Of a stretch of DNA of 64,000 nt, positions 39,262-48,702 are shown piece by piece. The position numbers were made by a program, and so were the translations under genes. Below the pieces are notes generated by a model. That model worked only from the letters and a program-made list of their open reading frames with translations, ran no database searches and was not told the DNA's origin. The stretch's first letter is position 1. Each line of letters begins with the position of its first letter. Source of the stretch: Peptococcaceae bacterium 1109 (GTDB taxonomy: Bacteria > Bacillota > Limnochordia > Darwinibacteriales > Darwinibacteriaceae); assembly GCA_001028815.1 (NCBI GenBank), contig LDJB01000004.1:13733-77732 (forward strand), read 5' to 3'.

Positions 39262-40950
39262 TTAGTCTTCAATTGTGAGATCGATGGTTACCCGGTTTTC
39301 GAAGGATTTTCTGATTGCCCCGACGATGTCGCCGTGGGAGTCGTTCAAGCTCATGGTAGCACCGGTGACAACGTCAGCAAGCATTGCCTGTTCTTCTGCA
39401 GTCAAGGCATCGAACTTGGCCTTATCTTGCTCGTTGGTGGAATCGGGCTTGAGAGGCCTACCGTTCCGGTCAGATGTATACTTCGCAAACCATTCTTCCA
39501 CTTCGTCCACAGTCATGCCTACGAAGAGTTCCTCAAAGGTGTTCATCTGATCGGCCCAGGTCCCTACGCCCATGCGGTACCCTTGGCCCCGCTCCCGCTT
39601 GGTCTTCCAGCTGGCAATCTCGGCAGCGAAGAAGGCTTCGCTATCACCAGTCTTGCCATCTACCTTACCGTCGTGGTCAAGGTCCAGGTTGTAGCCGCCT
39701 TGGCCTGGGAAGCCGCTGAAGTGAGGCATGCCGGCTCCATCATAGTTAGGAGTAGAGATCTCCAGCTGATCCACGTGGATAGCTGCGATTCTGCCTTCCC
39801 CGTCAAAGAGGGTGTTGGCAAACACTTGGTTAATGCTGTATACAGGTGTGCCTGTATCATCGCTGCCAGGCCCTACCCGGTGGGTGCTCAGCAGGCCAAG
39901 GCCCATGGAAGCAGCTCCGTTAATGTCAAGGCCAATGCGGTTTTCGTATGCGAAACGAATGGCTTCCACGATGTTGCCGTGAGAGTCGTTCAGGCTCATG
40001 GTAGCGCCAGTGACAACATCAGCAAGCATTGCTTGTTCTTCTGCGGTCAGGGCATCAAACTTTGCCTTGTCCTGCTCGTTGGTGGAACCGGGTTTGAGAG
40101 GCCTGCCGTTCCGGTCAGAGGTATACTTCGCAAACCACTCTTCCACTTCATCAACGGTCATGCCCACGAAAAGGCGCTCAAAGGTGTCCATCTGATCGGC
40201 CCAGGTGCCAACTCCCATGCGGTAGCTGTCGCCCCGCTCCCGCTTGGTTCTCCAGCCAGCTACCTCAGCCGCGAAGTTCTCAACTGTGTCTTCGGTCTTG
40301 CCATCCACTTTGCCGTCGTGGTCCATATCCCAGTTGTAGCCGCCTTGGCCTGGGAAGCCGCTGAAATGAGGCATGCCGTCGCCATCATAGTTGGGAGTGG
40401 CAACTTCTAGCTGATCGACGTGGAGGGCGAGGATTCTGCCTTCCTCATCAAACAAAACATGAGTCATTACTTGATTGATGCTGTATACAGGTGTGCCTGT
40501 ATCATCTGCACCAGGCCCAAAGCGGTGCATGTTCGAAAGGCCAAAGCCTTGGTATACCTTCGCTGCAGTCACGGCCTTAGGCTCTACTGCCTTCTTGGCT
40601 TCCTCAGCCGGTGCCGGGTAGTTCTCTGGGTCTAGTGCGTTATTTACTGCGTAGATGATTGCTTTGCTGGTGATCGTTGCGTTGGTAATGACATCCACAT
40701 CGGTGGAATTGGCTTCCACGATCATCTGGGGGATTTTCTCCAATGCTGGTCCTGCAATAGCTGGTGTTTCCCGTTCACCAACTGCTTCAACCGCGATGAT
40801 TTTGTCTCCTTGCTTGGTTACGGTAACGATAATCTCGCCGCCGAAACCTTTCGCCTTACCAACAAGAGTTTCTACCGCTTCGGCACTGCCCATCAGTGCG
40901 AGGGCGCCAACCAGTAAGAAACAGCAGCCAACCAACAACGCCTTCTTCAT
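39262..40950 (-). CDS. Secreted FMN-binding-domain protein carrying two tandem near-identical ~215-aa repeat domains
   Basis: The preferred start is MKKALLVGCCFLLVGALALMGSAEA (signal peptide) at 40950. An FMN_bind-like region follows (GFGGEIIVTVTKQGDKIIAVEAVGERETPAIAG...ITNATITSKAII). Two repeats then follow, ...HRFGPGADDTGTPVYSINQV...VGTWADQM.TFE.LFVGMTVDEVEEWFAKYTSDRNGRPLKP.STNEQDKAKFDALTAEEQAMLADVVTGATMSLNDSHG.IV.AIR, more than 90% identical to each other. Confidence 0.75.
   Translation of the reverse strand: MKKALLVGCCFLLVGALALMGSAEAVETLVGKAKGFGGEIIVTVTKQGDKIIAVEAVGERETPAIAGPALEKIPQMIVEANSTDVDVITNATITSKAIIYAVNNALDPENYPAPAEEAKKAVEPKAVTAAKVYQGFGLSNMHRFGPGADDTGTPVYSINQVMTHVLFDEEGRILALHVDQLEVATPNYDGDGMPHFSGFPGQGGYNWDMDHDGKVDGKTEDTVENFAAEVAGWRTKRERGDSYRMGVGTWADQMDTFERLFVGMTVDEVEEWFAKYTSDRNGRPLKPGSTNEQDKAKFDALTAEEQAMLADVVTGATMSLNDSHGNIVEAIRFAYENRIGLDINGAASMGLGLLSTHRVGPGSDDTGTPVYSINQVFANTLFDGEGRIAAIHVDQLEISTPNYDGAGMPHFSGFPGQGGYNLDLDHDGKVDGKTGDSEAFFAAEIASWKTKRERGQGYRMGVGTWADQMNTFEELFVGMTVDEVEEWFAKYTSDRNGRPLKPDSTNEQDKAKFDALTAEEQAMLADVVTGATMSLNDSHGDIVGAIRKSFENRVTIDLTIED
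39300..40590. repeat. Direct tandem duplication, 2 x ~645 bp at about 90% nucleotide identity, inside the FMN-binding protein gene
   Basis: For example 39331-39490 aligns with 39975-40135, and 39733-39860 aligns with 40383-40510, with only scattered substitutions. Confidence 0.8.
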
Positions 40951-41216
40951 CTTTCTTCCCACACAAGTTCCTCCCTCGTACATTTGTTGTTCCCCGTACT
41001 GCAAATGGACCTGGCAGAGGGCTTTTGATTGCGGCATAAGTCTTTTGTGATTGTGAACTTATTCGCAATCCAAGCTCTACTATACCACATTCCCTGCAGT
41101 AGTCAATAGGTTAAGGAGAACTTATATAGAATTCTTGTGATAAAACTCTCGTGCATAGCACCAGCAGCAAAAACCCAGCTTACCACAGGGTTTGCTGGGC
41201 GCTTTCAGCCGTACTC

Positions 41217-42086
41217 CTAACTAGCCTGTGCCTTTTGGCGAATGAGGGACCCGTTCGGAGGCGGGATCTTCTCCCCATCAATGTGGTTCAGCTCACAAAA
41301 ATGCTGGAAAAACTCCTTAGCCAGCTCTTCCCCTTCGGTCTCGGCCCTCAAGGAAACTACATCTCGGAGAATCTGCGCCATCCAGATGTTGTGGAAGTAG
41401 CGGTGCCTCCCCCGATTCCAAGTGGTGTTCAAGGGATATCTTTCGTCGCAGTAGTAGTTCCAGAAGAGGAGCCTCTGAGATTCTTCTTCAGAAAAGCGCA
41501 GCCTGTACTTGGGATGCCCGGGGATATAACCGTCGTCACACAGTTTACCCACGAAGGTTTCATCTGCCAGAAAAACGCCTGCAATCCGCCGGTCTTCCTC
41601 AGCCATGCCCTGTTCCCGCTCAGTAATAAGGCAGGCACTATTGTTGCCCATACGCACTAAGCGCACCGGTTTCCCTGCATCCTGTCCCGATTTACGGAGC
41701 CCTGTGAAGACCCGCCACTCGGCGAACACCTTCTCCAGCTCCTCCCCATCACACCAAAAGCACGCCTGAGATGCGGGGGAAAACGCCTGGCTTCTGAGGA
41801 GCCGCTCCCGCTCCAACTCCCTCTGACGCTCCGCCAATTCCTCAGCTCGCTGCTTGTCTAGGGCGCGGCGCTTTGCTTTTCGCTTTTTTTCAACTTCTTT
41901 TTTGAGATCCTCTACCAACCTTGCCGTTTCTGGATCAGTCAGGCTCAAGTACGTCCCAAACGCATCGGGAAAAGCGAACCGCTTTTCTCCCACCGGGAAG
42001 CGCACTCTCACGTGGGATGCGGTGCAGTCTACCACTGTTCCGTCGCCAAAATGCTCGTGCCTCACCTGCTGATTGAGCAAATTCAT
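41217..42086 (-). CDS. Hypothetical protein with an N-terminal UvrD/PcrA-C-terminal-like (Tudor-like) domain, a basic coiled coil and a Cys/His-containing C-terminal domain
   Basis: The preferred start is MNLLNQQVRHEHFGDGTVVDCTASHVRVRFPVGEKRFAF at 42086, which has a TGGAGGAA RBS. The HxxFGxGxV motif matches the helicase C-terminal Tudor-like domain. KKRKAKRRALDKQRAEELAERQRELERERL forms a basic coiled coil. Confidence 0.5.
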   Translation of the reverse strand: MNLLNQQVRHEHFGDGTVVDCTASHVRVRFPVGEKRFAFPDAFGTYLSLTDPETARLVEDLKKEVEKKRKAKRRALDKQRAEELAERQRELERERLLRSQAFSPASQACFWCDGEELEKVFAEWRVFTGLRKSGQDAGKPVRLVRMGNNSACLITEREQGMAEEDRRIAGVFLADETFVGKLCDDGYIPGHPKYRLRFSEEESQRLLFWNYYCDERYPLNTTWNRGRHRYFHNIWMAQILRDVVSLRAETEGEELAKEFFQHFCELNHIDGEKIPPPNGSLIRQKAQAS

Positions 42087-42259
42087 CTGCGTTCCTCCAT
42101 TATTGTCTTGTCTTAATGATACCACACTGGCGAGAGAAACGCAAATTTGGCATTGACACTACTTTCCAGCCAGTGTAAAATGTAGTTTTATATATTGCCG
42201 GCTCCGGCAGGAGTCAAAAAAACGTGCGCCCTTTCGAGCGCACGCTCCTTACCGATCTG

Positions 42260-42655
42260 TTACTTTCCCTGGACGAAGTCGCCGATCTTCTTGTCCATAT
42301 TGGAGATATGTTTAGTAAGCCAGTCGATGACCATTTTGTTCGCCTGGATAATCACCGTCAGGCTTCCTCCGGATGCCTGGTAATCGCTGCGAAGCTTCTC
42401 AAGCTGGCCAATGAAAGCAGTATGGGCCTTCTTCTGCTCATCATAGCCGGGATAGTTGATGCTGAGCATATAGCGCTCTTCATCAGCAAAGTGCTTCTTG
42501 GTGTACTGATCGAGAAACCCCAAAAGCTCCCCTATATACTCCTTCGCTTGTCCTTTCTTCCCCGCTTCAAAAAGGTCCTCAGCCCGCTTAAACCACTCTT
42601 TGTGCTGTTCGTCGATGAGTTCAATTCCCACAGATAAAGATGGATGCCACGGCAT
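42260..42655 (-). CDS. Bacteriohemerythrin
   Basis: 131 aa with W-x-x-x-LSVGIELIDEQHKEWF, ...KKHFADEE..., and H/E/D iron ligands spaced as in hemerythrin-like domains. Confidence 0.8.
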   Translation of the reverse strand: MPWHPSLSVGIELIDEQHKEWFKRAEDLFEAGKKGQAKEYIGELLGFLDQYTKKHFADEERYMLSINYPGYDEQKKAHTAFIGQLEKLRSDYQASGGSLTVIIQANKMVIDWLTKHISNMDKKIGDFVQGK

Positions 42656-42746
42656 GCCTTAACCCTCCCCATGTAGTCGAGTGTGGATTTTATATATATT
42701 ATCACGAAGATGCGAAATTCTCAATCGCAACCTCGTCCACCTCCAG

Positions 42747-44603
42747 TTAGACCTTGAACTTACCGCTCAGCTCCTGAAGGGTTTCTGCCATCTGGTTGAG
42801 AGTTTGGGCAACGGCGGCCATCTCATCCATCACCGCAAACTGCTCTTGAGCCGCTGCGCTGATCTCCTGGCTGGTAGTGTTGAGCTGTTCTATGCTGCGG
42901 GAAGCCTGCTCCACCAACCCTGTTACCCGTGACACCGTGGCCACAATGCGGGCAAGTGCTTCCCCACTCTTGCTCACCCGCTGGCTGGTCTCAGCTGTTT
43001 GCTGGGCGCTCTGAGACATACCCATGACCGCTTCATTGGTCTCCTGCTGAATAGACCTGATGAGTTCACTGATTTCCTTCGCAGCCTGGGCCGATTGCTC
43101 CGCGAGCTTCCGCACCTCTTCTGCGACTACAGCAAAGCCCCGCCCTTCATCACCGGCCCGGGCCGCCTCAATTGCGGCGTTCAGTGCCAGAAGGTTAGTC
43201 TGCTCCGCGAGGCCGCTGATTACCTCCACGATCCTGCCGATCTCCTCTGAGCGCTGGGCTAGGATGTGGATAAACTCAGTGAGCCGTCCCATAGTTTCTT
43301 TTAGTTCCTCCGTACCAACCACGGCTTGGCCCACCACTAGATTGCCCTCTTGGGCAGCGCCCACAATGTCGTTTACGGCAGAAGAAATGCTCTCCATGGC
43401 CTGGGCCGCCGCGGAGTAGTCATCAGCCGTCTCGTAGACTTGTCCCATGGACATCCGGGCCTGCACCGTAGAAGAAGCCAGCTGCTGGCTCGCGGAACTC
43501 ATCTCACCGATTGCCGCTGCCAACGATCCTACCATCTCCTTGAGAGATGCGGTCATACCGGTAAAGGCGGAGACCAAGGTTCCCACTTCGTCCCGGCCCC
43601 CCACCGCTGGGAGCTCTCCGGTTAGATCCCCCGCCGCGATTGCATCGGCGGCCTGGGCTACTGTCTGAAGTGGAGCCAAGACCCTGCCCATCAGGTATAA
43701 CAGCAGCGCAATGAATACCCCCGAGCCCACAGCCAAGATGATGATCATCTGTAAGCTTTGCTGAGTGATCATACGCCGGTAGCCCCCAATGTCCTGGTAT
43801 ACCCCCACCACCGCAAGCTCAGCCCCATCGTAGCTTAGCACTGGAAAGAAGATATGGGCCCAGCTGCGGCCGCTTCCCTGGCTTTCCCCAGGCCTTGGGG
43901 TAAGGCCCTTAAGCTCAGGTTCGGACAGGACCCCTGGGGTAAAGGCGAGCAAGGTATACCCCTCTTCACCAGGGACAAACACCGCTAGCTCCACGCCCAC
44001 TGCCTCGTGAATCTCCTGCAGGAGCTGCTCTGTAAAGGGTATATTTGTCTCCACTGTTCCAACCACTACGCCATCAGCTGTGATGGGCGCCCAACCTCGC
44101 ATGCCCATCCCGAAGGGGCCCCGATCATATCCCCAGAGAGGTATCCCTAAGCGGCCCGCGTCCAGAATCCCGCCCCGGTTCTACACGTCGCCATAGACTT
44201 CTGGGTTTTGGCCCCGAACAAGGGACGTATCAAAGGGTGCCCGTACGTGGAGTACGTCCACGCCAAAGGCGGCATGGACCTCTTCGTAGACCTTCACTAC
44301 CGTATCCACTATGGCCGTGCGGTCTCGGTTTGCAGCGCCAGTAGCGATCTCTGGCATTCCCGCGACAGCCATGGCGACACCTAGGGCCTGCTCCGCCTTG
44401 CCTTGGAGCTTGCTGTCTACCACCCGTTGTGCCGCGGCCAGGCTGTCTGCCACCATTGCCCGCAGCAGCCGCTGTTGGTTCGAAAGCATTAACACGCCCA
44501 CCATAGTGACTGCAATGGCTAGGGCGATGACGATTACAGCAAACAACCGAGTCCGCATACTAAGCTTGGCCACAAACTTCACTCCCGCTCCATGGTATTG
44601 CAA
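42747..44603 (-). pseudogene. Methyl-accepting chemotaxis protein with a Cache-like sensor, interrupted by a single in-frame TAG at 44181-44183
   Basis: ORF 44181..44603 (TM plus sensor N-terminus) and ORF 42747..44108 (sensor C-terminus, TM2, HAMP, MCP signalling domain ...[40 protein letters not shown]) are in the same frame. Exactly 24 sense codons follow the TAG: ...[40 protein letters not shown]... Confidence 0.6.
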
Positions 44604-44662
44604 TTACGAATGATATTCGTTCTCAATTATCCGAATCCTGCAACGATCCCGCAAAAAAGCAG

Positions 44663-47320
44663 TTACTTGTTTTCCTCATTAGTACCTAGCCCTTCTATTT
44701 GCTGGACCGTTTGGGGAGAGAGGATGTCTGTAAGGGATGCCTTTCCTGTACCCTGCCTTCGCATGTACGATTCCTGAGAGAGTTCCAGAGCGCTTTCCAT
44801 GGCTTCCCTGAGCTCCCTGGCGGAGAGCAGCGCACTGCCGGCTCCCCTGATAATCACCTGCTGGAGCCCGTCGGAGGTAGCGACGGTAATGTTGTACTTA
44901 TCTTGATTGTCAAAGGCAAACTTCTCAATGTACTGGTCGGCAGTCTGGGCTGCCTTAGTAAAGACGACATGAATGTTATGGTATGCCTCTAACTCCGCTA
45001 GCTGCCGATCCTTGATGCTATACGCATCAAACACAACAATGATCTTATACGGACTCACCGCCTGATAAGAGCTTAGAGCATCCAGGAGCCGAGTGCGGGC
45101 AATGTCCATATCTTCCTGGGCAAGGCCTTTGAGCTCCGGCCAAGCATGGATCACGTTGTACCCGTCCACTAGCAGATAGTTCTCCCTCGGTGGAAGGGAG
45201 TTTGAGGGGCCCTTGCCGCGCTCTGCTTCTGCCCGGCGCTGCCCTGCCCGTTCTTTCCAGCTTGATTTCCGGCCCAGATTGCCCGTAGTCTGAAGGTAGG
45301 GGTAATCATCGTGGTCGTACTCAAATTGCTCTCTGGCCACCCCTGCCCGCGGCCTCGTAATAGGGCTGGAGCCAGGGGCAGCACGTTGTCCTTCCCTAAA
45401 CTGCGCTTCGATGTGCATGTAGTCTTTCACTTGATCCCAGGGCACGTGAAAACCTGCCCCGCCCGCGCAGAATACCGACCCAGGAGGATTGTCCACATCG
45501 GCTTCTGCATCATAGCCTATGCGCGCAATCACTTCATCTCCATTGTGGCAGGGGAAGTACCCTGCGGAGCTGCAAAACAGCCGCCCTTGGCCCCTAGTAT
45601 AGGCGGCTACTTCCTGAGCGTAGTTCTGCATCGTAGCTACCGGCGCCCGTCCCGTGAGGATTGTCATCTCGCCAGAGGTGCCTGCAATCTCCCAGGTGCC
45701 GTGCGTGCTTTCCAGATCTGTGATGGCCCTGCCCACAACCTTCTCCGGCACTTCCAGCCGGAACTCGTAGTAGGGCTCCAGCAGGACAGATTCTGCTTGC
45801 ATCAACCCCTGGCGAACCGCCCGGTAGGTGGCTTCGCGGAAATCTCCCCCTTGGGTGTGATCTAGGTGGGCCCGTCCTGCCACTAAAGTGATCTTCATAT
45901 CTGTAATGGGGGCCCCGGTGAGGACGCCCTTATGCGCCTTTTCCGCCAAGTGGGTGAGGATTAGCCGCTGCCAGTTTTTCGCAAGGAAGTCTTCACTGCA
46001 GTCAGCAGCAAACTCCAATCCGCTCCCCCGGGGAGCAGGCTCTAGGAGAAGGTGGACCTCCGCATAGTGCCCTAAGGGTTCGAAATGGCCAATCCCTTCA
46101 ACAGTGCTCGCAATGGTCTCTTTGTAGAGAATGCGCCCTGCGTCAAAGGATACATTCACGCCAAAGCGCTCTGAGATGAGCCTCTGGAGGATTTCAATCT
46201 GCACTTCCCCCATGATCTGCACCTGAATCTCCTGGAGCTGTTCATCCCACACAACGCTCAGCTCTGGTGCTTCCTCTTCCAGCTCCTTTAGTTTCGGCAG
46301 CATCACCCGGGGTTCCAATTCTTCTGGCAGCACGACCCGGTAGGACAACACGGGCTCCAGGACCGGGACCATTAGGCCGCGCTCCCCCCCGATCCCCTGT
46401 CCCGGCCGAGTTTGGGTGAGGCCTGTCACCGCGCAGACCGTTCCCGCACTGACTTCCCCCACTGCTTCATACTTCTGTCCAGAATAGATCCGGATCTGAT
46501 TGACTTTCTCTTTCCAGCCTTCACCAGTGATTTCATCCCTGACCTTCAAAACGCCCCCAGTCACTTTCAGGTGGGTAAGGCGGCTTCCCTGCTCGTCCCG
46601 GGAGATTTTGAAGACCTTTGCCCCAAATTCCTGGGGATAACTGGGGATGACAGCATAGCGCGCAAGTCCCCGCATGAACTCTTCCACCCCATCTAAGTGG
46701 AGTGCTGACCCGAAGTAGCAGGGGAACACTTTCCGCTCCCTTACCGCCTCTTTGATTTCTTCCTGGGAAAGCTGTTTTGCAGCAAGGTAGGACTCAAATA
46801 GGCCCTCATCACACAGGGCAACCCGCTCAAAAAAAGCTGCCCCCTCTCCGCCACCAAACTCCGTGCACCGGCTGTCGAGCCTTTCCTGAAGTTCCTCAAG
46901 GAGTGCTGCCTTATCGGTCCCTGGTTGATCCATCTTGTTCACGAAGATGAATACCGGGACTTTGTATACGTCTAAAAGGCGCCATAGGGTGCTTGTGTGC
47001 CCCTGCACTCCATCAGCGCCGCTGATCACCAAGATGGCGTAATCCAAAACCTGCAGGGTGCGCTCCATCTCTGTGGAAAAATCCACGTGGCCCGGGGTAT
47101 CTAAAAGTGTGATCTGCAAATCGCCCAAGGCAAAAACGGCTTGCTTGGAAAATATGGTGATGCCCCGTTCCTTTTCCAGGTCATGGGTGTCTAGAAAAGC
47201 TGTCCTTTTATCTACCCGGCCCAGCCTCTGGATTCTGCCCGCCAAGTACAGCATGCCCTCTGAGAGAGTGGTCTTTCCCGCATCCACGTGGGCAAGGATG
47301 CCGACAACTAGTTTCTTCAT
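44663..47320 (-). CDS. Translational GTPase of the EF-G/Tet(M)-like ribosomal-protection-type family fused to a C-terminal Rae1/YacP-type NYN ribonuclease domain
   Basis: 885 aa. G1 AHVDAGKTTL, G3 DTPGH, G4 NKMD, then EF-G-like domains II-V to about aa 640 and a basic linker. The NYN domain is YLLVDGYNVIHAWPELKGLAQ...YKIIVVFDAY...HNIHVVFTKAAQTADQYIEKFA...ITVATSDGLQQVIIRGAGSALLSARELREAM, which closely resembles B. subtilis YacP/Rae1. Confidence 0.85.
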   Translation of the reverse strand: MKKLVVGILAHVDAGKTTLSEGMLYLAGRIQRLGRVDKRTAFLDTHDLEKERGITIFSKQAVFALGDLQITLLDTPGHVDFSTEMERTLQVLDYAILVISGADGVQGHTSTLWRLLDVYKVPVFIFVNKMDQPGTDKAALLEELQERLDSRCTEFGGGEGAAFFERVALCDEGLFESYLAAKQLSQEEIKEAVRERKVFPCYFGSALHLDGVEEFMRGLARYAVIPSYPQEFGAKVFKISRDEQGSRLTHLKVTGGVLKVRDEITGEGWKEKVNQIRIYSGQKYEAVGEVSAGTVCAVTGLTQTRPGQGIGGERGLMVPVLEPVLSYRVVLPEELEPRVMLPKLKELEEEAPELSVVWDEQLQEIQVQIMGEVQIEILQRLISERFGVNVSFDAGRILYKETIASTVEGIGHFEPLGHYAEVHLLLEPAPRGSGLEFAADCSEDFLAKNWQRLILTHLAEKAHKGVLTGAPITDMKITLVAGRAHLDHTQGGDFREATYRAVRQGLMQAESVLLEPYYEFRLEVPEKVVGRAITDLESTHGTWEIAGTSGEMTILTGRAPVATMQNYAQEVAAYTRGQGRLFCSSAGYFPCHNGDEVIARIGYDAEADVDNPPGSVFCAGGAGFHVPWDQVKDYMHIEAQFREGQRAAPGSSPITRPRAGVAREQFEYDHDDYPYLQTTGNLGRKSSWKERAGQRRAEAERGKGPSNSLPPRENYLLVDGYNVIHAWPELKGLAQEDMDIARTRLLDALSSYQAVSPYKIIVVFDAYSIKDRQLAELEAYHNIHVVFTKAAQTADQYIEKFAFDNQDKYNITVATSDGLQQVIIRGAGSALLSARELREAMESALELSQESYMRRQGTGKASLTDILSPQTVQQIEGLGTNEENK

Positions 47321-47473
47321 GATCTTCCAATCCCATCCAAAGCGAGCTTCAGCTGCTGCCTGTTCTCCTATTTATTGACTTATTCGCTTGCCCCTATCCC
47401 ATTACCTCCAGGAAAATCCCAGGCACAATAAAGAGCGGCCCTCAAAGAGCCGCCCATCCATAGGGGAAATCAC

Positions 47474-48682
47474 TTAGTAGATGGTTTTCTGCAGTTCAGC
47501 GTATTCCTCAAACAAGGTAAGGCACTGTTCTCTCCCGTACTCGGAGATCGCTAGGACAGAGGTGTCCTGCTGCCCCCCTTCAATGAAGCGGTAGATGAAG
47601 GCATCCCGGAAACCGATCTCCTCCGCATCTTCCGGCCTGCAGCCGTACACTACTTGCTTCACATTGGCCCAGATAATCGCGGAAAGACACATTGGACAAG
47701 GGTAGGCGGTGGTGTAGATCCAACAGCCAGTGAGGTCGTGGGTGCCTAAGATCTGCCCTGCTAAGCGGATGGCATTGATCTCCGCATGAGCGGTGGGATC
47801 GTGATCCCGCAGCACGCTGTTGGAAGCGACGCACACAATGTTGCCTTCTCCATCAATCACCGCGGCACCGAAAGGCCCTCCAATATCCTGCCGCATGGTC
47901 GTCCTCGCCTGTTCAATAGCCCTGGCCATGGCTTCATCCATAGCGGTACCTCCGTGCTTTGCTCCAATGTCTACGGGGAAGTCAAAATACGTATCAGGGT
48001 ACGGTTCACCCACCAGGCTGTAGTGCCACCATTCCTCAGGATAGGGAGCAAAGCCTGCGGCCACCATAGCATCTCGGAGGATGCTGCGGTTGGCGGCTTG
48101 CTCAGGGGTGATGAGGTCTGTTCCGTGGTGGGAAATCTCACCGAAGAAATCAAAACCGCTGCCCATATCTACTTCTTCCCCAGTGTCCTTGTACACCAGT
48201 GTTAAGTCCACCACGCTACCCCGGGTGTGTCCAGATTTCTCCGCAATGTAACCAAGCTCAAAGAGCCGGGACTTGTCCACCTGAGGATAGAAGATCCCTT
48301 TCATCTTCTGGTCCTCCAAGTCTGCGGCCCAGCGCACAAAATGGTCCACGGCCCGCTGTGGCCGGTAAGCATCGAAAACCTTGATGTAGTACCCCTGCTC
48401 ATCTAAGATATCCGCAGCGACTTTCAACGCCGCGGCAGCTTCTTCAGTGAGGATGGCAACGGGAGCCTCGTAACCATCGACAGGCGCTCCTACGAAGTTA
48501 TTGTCCCCGTAATACCTGATCTCAAGTTGGGCAGTTTCCACCACATCCGTGACATACACGAAACCTTCAGGAAGAGTGAATGCCGAAGCTTGAGCAGTAA
48601 CGCAGGCCAACACCAACAGTACCCAAAGGACGCCAGCTTTTCTCTTGAACATCTCTCTGCACCTCCTTGAAACGTAAGCCAT
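47474..48682 (-). CDS. Secreted fusion of a VanX-like D-Ala-D-Ala dipeptidase (M15D) and a CDA-fold nucleoside/nucleotide deaminase (TadA/GuaD-like)
   Basis: Signal peptide MFKRKAGVLWVLLVLACVTAQASA. VanX motifs SGHTRGSVVD and EEWWHY. The deaminase carries HAEINAI ... PCPMC zinc ligands. Confidence 0.8.
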   Translation of the reverse strand: MAYVSRRCREMFKRKAGVLWVLLVLACVTAQASAFTLPEGFVYVTDVVETAQLEIRYYGDNNFVGAPVDGYEAPVAILTEEAAAALKVAADILDEQGYYIKVFDAYRPQRAVDHFVRWAADLEDQKMKGIFYPQVDKSRLFELGYIAEKSGHTRGSVVDLTLVYKDTGEEVDMGSGFDFFGEISHHGTDLITPEQAANRSILRDAMVAAGFAPYPEEWWHYSLVGEPYPDTYFDFPVDIGAKHGGTAMDEAMARAIEQARTTMRQDIGGPFGAAVIDGEGNIVCVASNSVLRDHDPTAHAEINAIRLAGQILGTHDLTGCWIYTTAYPCPMCLSAIIWANVKQVVYGCRPEDAEEIGFRDAFIYRFIEGGQQDTSVLAISEYGREQCLTLFEEYAELQKTIY

Positions 48683-48702
48683 TCTCTCTAGCCACCCTCC
48701 CC

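Noticed and set aside
39247-40410. 387-aa plus-strand ORF antisense to the FMN-binding protein gene
   Set aside because: It lies entirely inside a well-supported minus-strand gene. Its length comes from the tandem duplication and the high GC. It has no RBS and its composition is low-complexity and Ala/Gly/Val-rich.
44181-44183. In-frame TAG in the MCP as a possible pyrrolysine or recoded codon
   Set aside because: TAG terminates other well-defined genes in the window (1187..4183 and 4636..5562). No pylTSBCD-like genes were seen, and MCPs are not known Pyl proteins. A pseudogene or sequencing error is more parsimonious.
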